Positions 8,785 to 19,107 are shown, numbered from the stretch's first letter. The stretch: DNA of 64,000 nucleotides from Gemmatimonadota bacterium (GCA_039586795.1 JBDHJS010000016.1:32001-96000); one strand, 5' to 3'. Program-made: numbers and translations. The notes: a model not told the origin generated them from the sequence alone.

Positions 8785-9965
8785 AAGCTCGCCTCTGGTC
8801 CATAGTCCTGTCGTTGCTCTTCGGAGCGGTCCTCGTCTGGTATCTGTTCTATACGAATCAGCTAGTGAGCGCCGTCAATGCCGACGCGGCGGCGATGTCG
8901 CGGATGTACGCCCAGGTATTCAGGGGTCTGCAGGATCCGACGGGTGAACAGAGCATCAACGCGTTGTTCGAGATGCTCGCCGAGATCCAGCATCTCGGTA
9001 TCCCGGTGGTCGTCGTCGATGCGCAGGGCGAGGTGTCGGACGCCATGAACCTCCCGTTCACATTCGACCGCGGAGATCCGGCGGACCGGGATCGGGCGCT
9101 CGCCTACGCTGAGATCCTCAATCGACGGAACGATCCGATCATCGAGCCGGGAGTAGGGTCGATTCACTTTGGCATGCCAGCGGTCGTCGAGCGGTTGCGT
9201 TGGGTCCCCTGGATACAAGCCGCCACGTTGATCGTGATCGTGCTTGTCGGGATCTGGATCTTTCGGTCGACGGTTCGCGCCGAGCAGGAGCGAGTCTGGG
9301 CGACGATGGCGCGGGAGTCGGCGCACCAGTTGGGAACGCCGCTCAGTTCGCTCACCGGCTGGGTCGAGATCTTACGGATGCCGAAGGAAGAGCGCGCCGA
9401 CGTGGCGAGCGATGATCGCATAGCACACGAAGTCGAGGTCGACCTCGAGAGGCTACAGAAGGTCGCACAACGTTTCGAGCTCATCGGGCGCCGGCCGAAG
9501 ATGCAGATGATCGATGTCGGTGATGTGCTGCGCAAGCTCGAGGGCTACTTCTGCGTTCGGTTGCCGCACATGGACCGCTCGATCACTCTGGAGGTCGACG
9601 CGGCGCCAGGGCTGCCCGACATAGCCGGCAACCCGGTACTGCTCGAGTGGGCATTCGAGAACATCATCAAGAACGCGGTCGATATCCTTGCCGGTAGAGG
9701 CGGACGCATCGCCGTTCGAGCCGAACCGGTCGATAACGGCGAGTCCGTAGCCATCCACTTCCTCGACGATGGACCGGGTGTGCCCGCCGAGTTGCGAAAG
9801 TACATCTTCGATCCTGGGGTCAGCGGCAAAAAGGGCGGTTGGGGTGTGGGTCTCTCGTTGACGCGCCGGATAGTCGATACGCACGGAGGGAAGATCGAAC
9901 TCGGTCGGCCGGCGACTGGCGCCGAGTTCATCGTTTCGCTTCCCGTAGCGCCGGCGGAGGCCTGA
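8781..9965 (+). CDS. Membrane sensor histidine kinase (no adjacent response regulator)
   Basis: 2 TM; H-box ESAHQLGTPLSSL; N-box ENIIKNAVD; G boxes DDGPG, GWGVGLS. Confidence 0.92.
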   Translation: MKARLWSIVLSLLFGAVLVWYLFYTNQLVSAVNADAAAMSRMYAQVFRGLQDPTGEQSINALFEMLAEIQHLGIPVVVVDAQGEVSDAMNLPFTFDRGDPADRDRALAYAEILNRRNDPIIEPGVGSIHFGMPAVVERLRWVPWIQAATLIVIVLVGIWIFRSTVRAEQERVWATMARESAHQLGTPLSSLTGWVEILRMPKEERADVASDDRIAHEVEVDLERLQKVAQRFELIGRRPKMQMIDVGDVLRKLEGYFCVRLPHMDRSITLEVDAAPGLPDIAGNPVLLEWAFENIIKNAVDILAGRGGRIAVRAEPVDNGESVAIHFLDDGPGVPAELRKYIFDPGVSGKKGGWGVGLSLTRRIVDTHGGKIELGRPATGAEFIVSLPVAPAEA

Positions 9966-9968
9966 GGC

Positions 9969-12242
9969 GTGTCGGCGGGTGGTGTGAAAGCTGGGGACTA
10001 TCTGGCGAGCCTGAACCCCGACCAACGAGAAGCGGTCGAGCACTTTCAAGGGCCGCTCCTCGTTCTTGCCGGCGCCGGATCGGGCAAGACGCGAGTGTTG
10101 ACCTGCCGCATCGCCCGCCTCATCGAACATCACGGCGTCGATCCCAACCTCATCATGGCCGTCACGTTTACGAATAAGGCGGCGGAGGAGATGCGAAATC
10201 GGGTGCGCGCGTTGCTCGGCAGCGAACCATCCGGCATGTGGATAGGCACGTTCCACTCGATCGGCGCCCGAATCTTGAGACGCTACGCTGGCCGCATCGG
10301 CTTCGGGCCTGGCTTCACGATCCTGGATGCGGACGACAGCCTGCGCGAGATAAAGCGCGTGATGGAAGAGCGTGATGTCCCGAAGCGTTGGAAGCCGCAG
10401 GCGGTGCAGGGGACAATATCCGGCGCCAAAGATAGACTGATCACTCCGGCGCAGTTCGCCGAGTCGGCCATCGACCCTTTCTCGCTAGTCGTGGCCGATG
10501 TCTACCCCGCTTATCAAGCGCGCTTGAAGAACGGAAATGCGTTCGACTTCGACGACTTGCTCGTGAAGCCGGTGGAGCTGTTCGAGTCCGATACGGAAGT
10601 GCTCGAGCGCTTTCAGCGTCGCTTTCAATTCGTTCTTGTCGACGAGTACCAGGACACCAACCATGCGCAGTACAGATTCCTAGAGCTGTTGGCGCGGGAG
10701 CACAACAACCTGGCTGTGGTCGGGGATGACGATCAGTCGATCTACGGATGGCGGGGCGCGGACATCCGGAACATCCTCGAGTTCGAACGCGACTTTTCGG
10801 CGGCGCACACGATCAGGCTTCAACGGAACTATCGCTCGACCCAAACGATCCTGCGTGCGGCGAACCAGGTCATTGCCGAGAACATCCATCGGAAGGGCAA
10901 GACACTCTACACCGAGAACGAGGCGGGCCCACAGATTACTCTGACGACAGCGACGGATGAGATAGACGAGGCTGAGTGGATCGTCAGGGAGATCAAGAAT
11001 CGGCTGGAGGAACCTGACGGCTTCGATCATCGCGGCGTGGTCGTCGTTTATCGAACCAACGCGCAGAGTCGAGCTCTCGAAGAGGCGTTTCGCGGTGCCG
11101 ATCTACCATACCGGATCATCGGCGGGGTGCGATTCTACGAACGACGCGAGATCAAGGATGTCATCGCCTACCTCAAGCTGATCTCGAACCCGAAGGATGT
11201 GAGCTCGTTCCTGCGTATCGTCAACTACCCGCGCCGCGGGATAGGGGACACAACACTTACACGGTTGTTGAACGCGGCCAAGGCTGCGGAGTCGTCACTA
11301 CTGGAAGCGGCACGGACGGCAACCGCAGTCGAGGGCATCCGCGCGGCGGGTGCACATGCGCTCGAGTCTTTTGCCCAGATGATTGATCGCTACCGCGCAC
11401 TCGCATCGCACACGAGCGTGCACGAGTTGCTGGGCGAGTTGATCGTCGAGCTACGCTTGCTGGAGAGCCTGCGCGCCGAGGGGTTCGAGGGCATTGATCG
11501 TGCTCAGAACGTCGAAGAGCTGGTCGCGGCAGCGTCGGAGTTCGATGCGGCCGGGGCGATGGACCAGGAAGAGCTTGAAGACGACGGCGAAGTGACGGAG
11601 CTCGATCTCTTCTTACAGAAGGTCTCTCTGATCGCGGATGTAGACAACCTGGACCCTGATGCCGATGCCGTGACGCTGATGACGCTGCATAACGCCAAGG
11701 GGCTCGAATTCCCGATGGTCGTGATATCCGGCCTCGAGGAGGGGCTGTTCCCGCTGTCGCGGTCGCATGACAGTATCGAGGAGCTTGAGGAGGAGCGACG
11801 CCTGTTCTACGTGGGGATCACTCGGGCCGAGAAGAAGCTCTACCTAACACATGCCATAAGGAGGCGTCGTGGCGGAGACTGGATGGTGTCGAGTCCGTCG
11901 AGTTTCTTGCAGCCGATCCCCGAGGATCTGCTCATCAAGCTAGAAACCGAGCGTTATTCCGATCGGATCACGAGCCGGCGGCGCGCTGCGGAATGGTCCG
12001 ACTGGGCCAATCGCGAATTCGCTGATGAGCCTGGCGGCCTTGTCTACGACTACACCGATTCACAGGACGTATCGCTGATGCCCGAACTAGCGGAGGGGAT
12101 CCGTGTGCGGCATCCTCGGTTCGGTCCGGGTGTCGTGTTGGCGCTCGACGGGTTCGGTACCGATCTGAAGGCGACGATCGAGTTCGATGATGAGGGACGG
12201 AAGAAAGTTGTCGTGAAGTACGCGAATCTGGAGTTGGAGTGA
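9969..12242 (+). CDS. pcrA: UvrD/PcrA ATP-dependent DNA helicase
   Basis: LAGAGSGKT, VDEYQDTN, VGDDDQSIYGWRGA, HNAKGLEFP, EERRLFYVGITRA; C-terminal Tudor-like VRHPRFGPG domain. Confidence 0.96.
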   Translation: MSAGGVKAGDYLASLNPDQREAVEHFQGPLLVLAGAGSGKTRVLTCRIARLIEHHGVDPNLIMAVTFTNKAAEEMRNRVRALLGSEPSGMWIGTFHSIGARILRRYAGRIGFGPGFTILDADDSLREIKRVMEERDVPKRWKPQAVQGTISGAKDRLITPAQFAESAIDPFSLVVADVYPAYQARLKNGNAFDFDDLLVKPVELFESDTEVLERFQRRFQFVLVDEYQDTNHAQYRFLELLAREHNNLAVVGDDDQSIYGWRGADIRNILEFERDFSAAHTIRLQRNYRSTQTILRAANQVIAENIHRKGKTLYTENEAGPQITLTTATDEIDEAEWIVREIKNRLEEPDGFDHRGVVVVYRTNAQSRALEEAFRGADLPYRIIGGVRFYERREIKDVIAYLKLISNPKDVSSFLRIVNYPRRGIGDTTLTRLLNAAKAAESSLLEAARTATAVEGIRAAGAHALESFAQMIDRYRALASHTSVHELLGELIVELRLLESLRAEGFEGIDRAQNVEELVAAASEFDAAGAMDQEELEDDGEVTELDLFLQKVSLIADVDNLDPDADAVTLMTLHNAKGLEFPMVVISGLEEGLFPLSRSHDSIEELEEERRLFYVGITRAEKKLYLTHAIRRRRGGDWMVSSPSSFLQPIPEDLLIKLETERYSDRITSRRRAAEWSDWANREFADEPGGLVYDYTDSQDVSLMPELAEGIRVRHPRFGPGVVLALDGFGTDLKATIEFDDEGRKKVVVKYANLELE

Positions 12243-12265
12243 GGGCAATCGTATCCGTGCGCGGA

Positions 12266-13285
12266 CTATTCACTAACGGCCCTTTTTTTACCCTTCTTCT
12301 TACGGGATCCCCTCACTCGACTCAGTCCCTGCTTCTTGGGACGGATGAGATGGGCTTTCAGATGTACGAGGTCCACCCAGATCCCTTCGGCGCCCAGCCG
12401 CTTGTCCCACCAGCCCGGTGACTCCTCCGGCAGCGCGAACCACTCGTCGGCCAGCGTTGTGAAGACGTCCTGGCGTTGGCTCTTGCGCATCCCGTACTCG
12501 CGATTGAGCATCTTGGCTTTGCCGAGCGCCCACTCGCCGGTCGGGTCCAGATAGGCTGCCACCGAGTCCTTTCGCCTGACCAGATAGTCCATCGAGAAGT
12601 CGAAGGTCAGGCGTATCCAATTTCCCACCTCATCGCCGTCGACATCCCACCGCGAGTAGTCGAGGACTCGATCGAACATCGCACGCCACGTCTGATGGTC
12701 GGCTAACCGGATCATTCCCTTGAAGATTCGCTGGTTCGTCTGAAAGCTGAACAGCGTGCGATCCAGAACGCGGTCTATGAAGCGGTCGTTGTGTGCGTGA
12801 TCGAAATCGGTGATCAGGTGATAAGCCGCTCTCAGATAGGCCTGTCCAAGGTGGACATCGAGTCGGTGTTCCCAATACGAGTGACCGATCGCCTGCGTGT
12901 TCGCCGAGGTCAGCAGCCGGCGTGGAAGGAAGTAGTTGTGGGCGATCGTATCACCGCCCAGGTGGGTCAGGTACCCAAGAGCGCACGCACGGTTGGCGTC
13001 GCTCTCCGCCATCTCGTAAAGCTCCTCTCCGACGTGCCAGTGATGGCAGTTCCGGCCGACGGGCGCGTAGTTCTTGGCGAAAGTTATGTCGGCGGCGATA
13101 CATCCGTACAGGTAATCGAGCGGATAGCGCCGCAGCATGTCCGCCACCGCTGCGGGCAGCAGGGCCAGGGCGCCGAGGACCTCTGTCCCGATAAGGATGT
13201 GCATCCCGGGTCCCCAGGCCAGGGCCGCATCGGGGATAAAGAGGATCGCGAGACCCGAAAGGCAGATGACGCTGGCCCAGCGCAT
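12266..13285 (-). CDS. Zinc-dependent phospholipase C family protein
   Basis: Signal peptide then A-WGPGMH, YLYGCIAAD, GYLTHLGGDTIAHN, HSYWE. Confidence 0.82.
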   Translation of the reverse strand: MRWASVICLSGLAILFIPDAALAWGPGMHILIGTEVLGALALLPAAVADMLRRYPLDYLYGCIAADITFAKNYAPVGRNCHHWHVGEELYEMAESDANRACALGYLTHLGGDTIAHNYFLPRRLLTSANTQAIGHSYWEHRLDVHLGQAYLRAAYHLITDFDHAHNDRFIDRVLDRTLFSFQTNQRIFKGMIRLADHQTWRAMFDRVLDYSRWDVDGDEVGNWIRLTFDFSMDYLVRRKDSVAAYLDPTGEWALGKAKMLNREYGMRKSQRQDVFTTLADEWFALPEESPGWWDKRLGAEGIWVDLVHLKAHLIRPKKQGLSRVRGSRKKKGKKRAVSE

Positions 13286-13650
13286 CAACCGAGGAACTTC
13301 CTCCGCTCGCGTTGGAAAGCCTTGCGAAGGTGGCCCACTTGCTGGCGCGCCATTTCGCCGAACTCAGCACGGGCTGCTTCGAGGTTGGCGCCGATCTCCT
13401 CTTGGAAATCGGCGACCAGCTCGCGAGCCCCCGAGCGAATCTCGTCTATCGCGCTTCCGGACCGCCGAGCGCGGCGGCGGGGTCGGGCGAGCATGCCAGG
13501 GAGTCCGCGGCGCCTTCGACTACGCTTCGGTAGCCAGGTGGCGGCGATCCCTGCTCCGACGAGCGCTCCGATAGTCATCGCCATGAAGAGATGTGATCGC
13601 CCGGCGCGCTCTCCCGTATTGGCTTCGCCTCGCACGGTACTCCTCGTCAT
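13285..13650 (-). CDS. YtxH-like protein
   Basis: IGALVGAGIAATWLP anchor followed by amphipathic helix; downstream of DUF948-like gene. Confidence 0.65.
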   Translation of the reverse strand: MTRSTVRGEANTGERAGRSHLFMAMTIGALVGAGIAATWLPKRSRRRRGLPGMLARPRRRARRSGSAIDEIRSGARELVADFQEEIGANLEAARAEFGEMARQQVGHLRKAFQRERRKFLG

Positions 13651-13653
13651 GAT

Positions 13654-14124
13654 TTAGTCCTGGTCGGCGTCGTCATCGTCCGCGCCGCCATCGTCAGTTC
13701 GCTTTCGTCTGAGGAGTTTCGCTCCTGTTCGGATTCCGCGAAGCGCCGACGCTGTGGAGAGCAGCGTGTCTTCAACCTCGCCCTGCACGACGTCGACGAG
13801 TGCGCTGAGATCCTGGACACGATCTTCCGCTGATTCCAGTACATCTTCGAGCCGGTCGTTGGCGATGGAGATGGTCTCGCCGACGCGATCGACCTCCTTG
13901 CGAACCGACATCACCATGAAGTTGAGGTTCTCGCCGATCGCACGTGCCCGATCGAAGACGGGCCGTGCATCCCGGCCGATATCTTTGAGCGATTCGTCCA
14001 GGCGTTTGAGGCGAACGACCACCGCTGCCAGCACACGAGCCAGGACGATCATGCCGATGCCGAGCACGAATATCGAGACGATCCCGACTATCCGAATTGT
14101 CGTGAATACCCAGTCTTCCGCCAC
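13654..14124 (-). CDS. DUF948/YtxG-like membrane-anchored coiled-coil protein
   Basis: One N-terminal TM then heptad helices; paired with YtxH-like gene. Confidence 0.6.
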   Translation of the reverse strand: MAEDWVFTTIRIVGIVSIFVLGIGMIVLARVLAAVVVRLKRLDESLKDIGRDARPVFDRARAIGENLNFMVMSVRKEVDRVGETISIANDRLEDVLESAEDRVQDLSALVDVVQGEVEDTLLSTASALRGIRTGAKLLRRKRTDDGGADDDDADQD

Positions 14125-14139
14125 CGTCAGCCCTCCAGT

Positions 14140-15384
14140 CTACCCGTCACTCGCTGTCGCCGTGCGCATGACGCGCCGGTCGATCTCTCCCGCCTGTTCG
14201 AGGACGTCGCGGACCAGGAACGGTCCGATCAGATCGATGATTCCAACCGAGATAACGACCGTGGCGAAGAAGACGTCCATCGCCACCACCAGGTCCGTAT
14301 CTGCAACGTAGACAAGGACGAACGAAATCGCTATGGCTAGTGAGATTCCACCCTGCGGTGTAAGCGCGAGGCCGAATCGCCGCGGTAGCTCGAACTCGGC
14401 GGGCCGGAACTGATGAGCTAGGAGGCCGCCGATCCACTTTGCCACGATCCGCGCCCCGACGTAGGCCGCAGCAAGCGGAACGATCCACCAGGACGGGAAT
14501 TGCAGGCGTGCGCCCGCCAGCACCAATAGCATGATGTAGATCGGTTGCTGCCATTGGGAGAGCGCCGTGTAGACGCGTCGGCGGAGCGGGGAAAGGTTGC
14601 CGATCACGATGCCCGCGATCATGCAGACGAGGAGAGGCGAAAGCCTGATGTAGTACGCCGTGCCGGAGGCGAAGAGCACGAGGCCGATGAGCAGCAGCAT
14701 GAACTCCTGGCTCTTAGGCCGTATGCGGGTCAGCGACAGGAATAGAATGCCGAACAAGAGGCCGAGCAGGATCGAGATGGCCAGCCACTCGAGCAGCGAC
14801 ATAGCTGCGCCCGCACCGAATAACCCCGTGTGAAAGGCCGCGTGCGTCAATCCCAGTGCCACGATCCCCACGGCCGCGTCGAGACTTGCGACGTAAAACA
14901 GCAAGCGCGTGACCTGACCCCGAGAACCGTACGTGTTAGAGATCAAAGCGATGGCGGCGGGAGTTGATACGCACGCCGTAGCCGCAGCGGCGAGCACGAT
15001 CGCCTGGGCGGTCATCGAGAACCAGGCGTCGATTATCAGGGTCCCGATGAGCATGACTATGACGAACGCGACCGTCGCCTGAGTGAAAGTCATAAGCAGG
15101 TAGCGCCGCGGGAATTGTCGAAGGTGGTCGCGATCGAGCTGGAGCCCGAACAAGACACCAATCCAACCCAGCCCCAGCAAAAAGAGAGGGTAGAGGTTGT
15201 CGATCGCTGTTGTAGACAGGACCTTGAACAGGTGTGGGCCCAGCGCGAGTCCCAGGAACAGAAAGGGTAGGCCGATCGCGATGGAAATCCGCGGCCCCAG
15301 GGGGACCTGGCGTCGGGAGAAAGTAAACTGAGCGCCGATCAGGCCGATCAGCGCCAGAAGAAGTACGACGAGTAGTGGGCTCAC
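14140..15384 (-). CDS. Cation:proton antiporter family membrane protein
   Basis: About 12-13 hydrophobic segments; GLALGP, FGLQLD, ASLDAAVG, PQGGISLAIA motifs typical of CPA family. Confidence 0.72.
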   Translation of the reverse strand: MSPLLVVLLLALIGLIGAQFTFSRRQVPLGPRISIAIGLPFLFLGLALGPHLFKVLSTTAIDNLYPLFLLGLGWIGVLFGLQLDRDHLRQFPRRYLLMTFTQATVAFVIVMLIGTLIIDAWFSMTAQAIVLAAAATACVSTPAAIALISNTYGSRGQVTRLLFYVASLDAAVGIVALGLTHAAFHTGLFGAGAAMSLLEWLAISILLGLLFGILFLSLTRIRPKSQEFMLLLIGLVLFASGTAYYIRLSPLLVCMIAGIVIGNLSPLRRRVYTALSQWQQPIYIMLLVLAGARLQFPSWWIVPLAAAYVGARIVAKWIGGLLAHQFRPAEFELPRRFGLALTPQGGISLAIAISFVLVYVADTDLVVAMDVFFATVVISVGIIDLIGPFLVRDVLEQAGEIDRRVMRTATASDG

Positions 15385-15737
15385 AGTCCGATGTCTTCCC
15401 CGAGCTCGGGTGCCACGCCTTCGACACGCGTGACGGGGATGGTGAATACGATTCCGGTTCCTGGCTCTGCCATGTTGCCAGCGACGTCCTGGATGACGGC
15501 GAACGCGCCACCCACTTTCTCGTCGTCGTCGATGACCGAGAAGATAGTGTAGTTCTGCGCGCGTGAGCGTGAGATCAGGGTCTGGATGCCCGCAAACAAT
15601 GGGATGTCGTGCGTGAGGATGTGCGCCATGCCCTCGCTATTGATGATCGTAGCCCCGGTAATCCCCAATTCAAGAAACCCCGACAACACGTCGTCGAGCG
15701 CTTCAGGCTGGTTGAGCACGGCTACAAGCAACTGCAT
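15381..15737 (-). CDS. PII-like (GlnB-fold) signalling protein
   Basis: 118 aa; GITGATIINSEG and PGTGIVFTIPV match PII beta2 and B-loop patterns. Confidence 0.72.
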   Translation of the reverse strand: MQLLVAVLNQPEALDDVLSGFLELGITGATIINSEGMAHILTHDIPLFAGIQTLISRSRAQNYTIFSVIDDDEKVGGAFAVIQDVAGNMAEPGTGIVFTIPVTRVEGVAPELGEDIGL

Positions 15738-15758
15738 AGGTGGGTTCTCCGCCGATTC

Positions 15759-16223
15759 CTACGGGTGCTCTTCGTCGAAACGCCGGATCCGCTCGATCAC
15801 CTCGTCGGCGGTCTGTGCGCTGAGAAGCTGCTCCAGAACATCGGGCTGTCTCATCAACCGGGCGATTCGGGCCAGCAGCTTGATGTGCACTCCGCTGCTT
15901 GCCGGCGGTGAGAGGAGAAGGAAGACTGTGTGAACGGGCTTTTCGTCGAGCGACATGAAATCGAGTCCGCTGGGCGAAAGCGCCAGCTCGATAACGGTGG
16001 AGTCGAGCTCAGGGTAGACCGCGTGTGGAATCGCGACACCGCCGCCGATGCCGGTCGACTGGGCAGCCTCCCGAGTCAGCAACGCTTCGAGGACGGGCTG
16101 CTCGTCGGTCACCAGTTCGTTGCTTGCCAGGTTGTGGACCATGTTGCGGAGCGTTTCCTCAACGCCTTGCGCCTTGAGGCCCAACAGCACCAGCTCTGGT
16201 CGGAGATAATGATGAAGTTTCAT
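15759..16223 (-). CDS. PTS EIIA (Ntr/fructose-mannitol family) domain protein
   Basis: RE..STGIGGGVAIPHA (phospho-His), DEKPVHTVFLLLSP, HIKLLARIARL. Confidence 0.9.
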   Translation of the reverse strand: MKLHHYLRPELVLLGLKAQGVEETLRNMVHNLASNELVTDEQPVLEALLTREAAQSTGIGGGVAIPHAVYPELDSTVIELALSPSGLDFMSLDEKPVHTVFLLLSPPASSGVHIKLLARIARLMRQPDVLEQLLSAQTADEVIERIRRFDEEHP

Positions 16224-16253
16224 TTCAGTCTCACCGGTAAGCGAACCGCCCCT

Positions 16254-16336
16254 CACATAGCGGCCCCATCACCGCGGTGTCAAGAAGCCAGATCCCACAA
16301 CGAACATTGACACCAGAGAACCCGGCGTTCTACGTT
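16254..16336. promoter_or_regulatory. Divergent sigma70-type promoters for the EIIA operon and murA
   Basis: + strand TTGACA(16307)-N18-TACGTT; - strand TTGACA(16283)-N18-TATGTG. Confidence 0.6.
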
Positions 16337-16344
16337 GGCCAGCG

Positions 16345-17619
16345 ATGAGCACATTCGTGGTCGAAGGAGGGCAACCGCTCAGCGGGCATATCAAGCCGGC
16401 CGGGAACAAGAACGCCGCGCTCCCGATGATGGCAGCCGCGCTGCTAACCGAGGAGCCGGTGCGGCTGGATAACGTTCCGCGCATTCGGGACGTCCATACG
16501 ATGCTCGATCTGCTGAATCGGCTCGGTGTGAAATCAGAATGGACTGGCCCCGGTGCTCTGACGTTGCAGGCGGCGGACGTGGAGGCGGCGGCCCTTGAAG
16601 CCGGGCTCACGGCCCAGATTCGAGCATCGATCTTGCTGGCTGGGCCGATGTTCGCCCGGACCCACCACGTGCAGCTGCCGCCGCCGGGCGGCGATGTGAT
16701 CGGCCGGCGCCGCCTCGATACTCACTTCGATGCGCTGCAGAAGCTGGGCGCGGAAGTAGAGCTGGGCGACCAATTCGTGCTCAGGGGCAAGCCGCGAGCC
16801 GCCGATGTGTTCCTTGACGAACCGAGCGTCACCGGCACGGAGAACGCCCTAATGGCGGCCGTGCTAGCGCCCGGAACGACGACCCTCAGGAACGCCGCTT
16901 CAGAGCCACACGTCCAGGACCTGTGCAAAATGCTCAACGCGATGGGCGCGGGTATCGAGGGGATCGGAACGGGTGAGTTGAGGATCGAAGGCGTGGAGCG
17001 GCTCGGTGGCGCCAGCGCACGGATCAGTCCCGATCACATTGAAGTAGGCTCGTTCATCGGTCTTGCCGCGGTGACACGCAGCGATCTGACTATTGCCGAC
17101 GTGGAGCCCAGTCACCTGATGAGCATTCGGCTCATGTTCGAAAGATTGGGCATCTACTGCGTCTTGAGCGACAACGAGCTTCGCGTGCCTGCCGAGCAGT
17201 CGCTCGAGATCTGTATGGACGTCGGCCAGCAGATCCCGAAAATCGATGATGGGCCGTGGCCCCACTTCCCGGCCGACCTGACCAGTATCGCGCTGGTCGT
17301 GGCCACCCAATGTCGAGGTACGGTGCTTATCCATGAGAAGATGTTCGAGTCGCGCATGTTCTTCGCTGACAAGCTGTCGGCGATGGGCGCCCGCATCGTC
17401 ATCTGTGATCCGCACCGCGCGGTAGTCGTCGGGCCCACCACTCTGCACGGTTCGGTTGTGGAGAGCCCGGACATCCGGGCGGGCATGGCGATCCTCATCG
17501 CCGCGCTGGGCGCGGAAGGTCGCAGCGAGATCCACAACATCAAGCAGATCGAACGCGGATACGAGAGCATCGACGAACGGCTCCGCGCCCTCGGCGCGTC
17601 CATCGAGCGGATAGAGTGA
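16345..17619 (+). CDS. murA: UDP-N-acetylglucosamine 1-carboxyvinyltransferase (Asp-type active site)
   Basis: [48 protein letters not shown]. Confidence 0.97.
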   Translation: MSTFVVEGGQPLSGHIKPAGNKNAALPMMAAALLTEEPVRLDNVPRIRDVHTMLDLLNRLGVKSEWTGPGALTLQAADVEAAALEAGLTAQIRASILLAGPMFARTHHVQLPPPGGDVIGRRRLDTHFDALQKLGAEVELGDQFVLRGKPRAADVFLDEPSVTGTENALMAAVLAPGTTTLRNAASEPHVQDLCKMLNAMGAGIEGIGTGELRIEGVERLGGASARISPDHIEVGSFIGLAAVTRSDLTIADVEPSHLMSIRLMFERLGIYCVLSDNELRVPAEQSLEICMDVGQQIPKIDDGPWPHFPADLTSIALVVATQCRGTVLIHEKMFESRMFFADKLSAMGARIVICDPHRAVVVGPTTLHGSVVESPDIRAGMAILIAALGAEGRSEIHNIKQIERGYESIDERLRALGASIERIE

Positions 17620-18356
17620 CGCTCGAGCACGACGTCACGCTCCACGGATTGCGGATCTTTAGACAGGCCCACTGGACGGAGCGCTTTCCGAGCCTCATTC
17701 AGGGAACCACCGCGCGCCTCCCCGATCACGCTCAGACCTCAACTGAATCCGAAGGACCGTCCGAGGACGAAGGATGGGAGGTGCTGGCGGCAGCGTTCGG
17801 GTTCGAGCGGATCGCCAGGTGCCATCAAATACACGGCCGTGACGTGGTGGTCTTGGACGCCGGCCTTCCAGACACGGTGAACACGGTCGGTGATGCCGAT
17901 GCCATCGTCGCGGACCGGGAGGGTATTCTCCTAGCCGTCACCGTGGCCGATTGCGTTCCCGTCTTCTTCGTCGATCCGGGTCTCCGCCTTCTCGGGCTGG
18001 TCCACGCCGGCTGGCGGGGCACCGCGGCGGGAGTGGTGGAGGCCGCGCTGGGGACGCTCGAGACCTTGGGCGCCGATCCGCGGACGTTGAGCGTCCACCT
18101 CGGCCCGGCAATATGTGGAAAATGTTACGAAGTTGGTCCTGAAGTCCGGGAGGCCCTGGGCATAGAGAGCGCCCAGAGTCGGACCGTGGATCTGCGGGCG
18201 CACATCGTGGAGGCAGCGGTCACGGCGGGTGTGGATCGGCGCCTGGTGACGACGTCATCTGCTTGTACCCGTTGCAGTTCGGGGGATTTCTACTCGTACC
18301 GAGGGGGTGATCGAGGGCAGCGAAACATAGCCTTTCTGGGTTGGCCTCCCGGTTGA
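17616..18356 (+). CDS. pgeF: YfiH/PgeF purine nucleoside phosphorylase-like (laccase-domain) protein
   Basis: [36 protein letters not shown]. Confidence 0.9.
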   Translation: MTLEHDVTLHGLRIFRQAHWTERFPSLIQGTTARLPDHAQTSTESEGPSEDEGWEVLAAAFGFERIARCHQIHGRDVVVLDAGLPDTVNTVGDADAIVADREGILLAVTVADCVPVFFVDPGLRLLGLVHAGWRGTAAGVVEAALGTLETLGADPRTLSVHLGPAICGKCYEVGPEVREALGIESAQSRTVDLRAHIVEAAVTAGVDRRLVTTSSACTRCSSGDFYSYRGGDRGQRNIAFLGWPPG

Positions 18357-18431
18357 TTTCCCTTTCGACCGCATCTATATTTGCTACCGCAGTTGGGGGC
18401 CGAAGCTACAGGCCGCAAGGCCGTTTTCAGT

Positions 18432-18461
18432 AGTGGGGAAGCAGTACAGCCCCACTTTTTT
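18432..18461 (+). terminator. rimP leader attenuator-type terminator hairpin
   Basis: AGTGGGG-loop-CCCCACT followed by a T-run, 5' of rimP, matching the widely conserved rimP leader. Confidence 0.8.
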
Positions 18462-18519
18462 ATTGCCTGTCGGCAAGCCGAAGGCGCCAGAAAACGGATG
18501 GTTAGGAGAGCACAGCCCC

Positions 18520-19038
18520 ATGGACGAGCAGCTGGAACAAGTTGCTGAGACGGTGCTCGGTCAGCTGGGGTACGAATTGGTCGATCTGGAGAGGGCGGGT
18601 CAGCGCGCCCGGCCGATACTGCGATTGCGTATAGATCGGATCGATGCTGAGCCGGGCCAGGGCGTCACTGTTGATGAGTGCGCGCGAGTGAGTCGCGAGC
18701 TCGAAGCGGCGCTCGAGGAGCGGGAAGACCTGGAATCCAGCTACATCCTGGAGGTCTCATCGCCGGGCGTGGACCGGCCGCTACGCAAGCTGCGCGATTT
18801 CGAGCGCAGCGTGGGTCGTGACGTGGCGATCCGGGGTTACGGGCCGCTAGCGGGCGGTTCGAAGCGGTTGGAAGGTGCGCTGCTGGCGGTGGAAGGAGCC
18901 GCGGGTTCTGAGATCCTGCGGTTGAAGACGGGCGACGGCACGGAGGTCGAGGTACCGCTGTCCGCGATCGCGAAGGCGAATCTGGTGTTCAACTGGGACG
19001 AGTTCGACTTCGGCAGTGCGCGGTCGCAGAAGGGCTAG
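18520..19038 (+). CDS. rimP: Ribosome maturation factor RimP
   Basis: YELVDLE, VTVDECARVSR, YILEVSSPGVDRPL; AGGAG SD before ATG 18520. Confidence 0.96.
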   Translation: MDEQLEQVAETVLGQLGYELVDLERAGQRARPILRLRIDRIDAEPGQGVTVDECARVSRELEAALEEREDLESSYILEVSSPGVDRPLRKLRDFERSVGRDVAIRGYGPLAGGSKRLEGALLAVEGAAGSEILRLKTGDGTEVEVPLSAIAKANLVFNWDEFDFGSARSQKG

Positions 19039-19107
19039 TCGTTCGGCGGAGACGAATACAGCCCCGGAAGGAACGGGGAGAGGATTAAGAGGAGAGATGG
19101 AGTAGCA

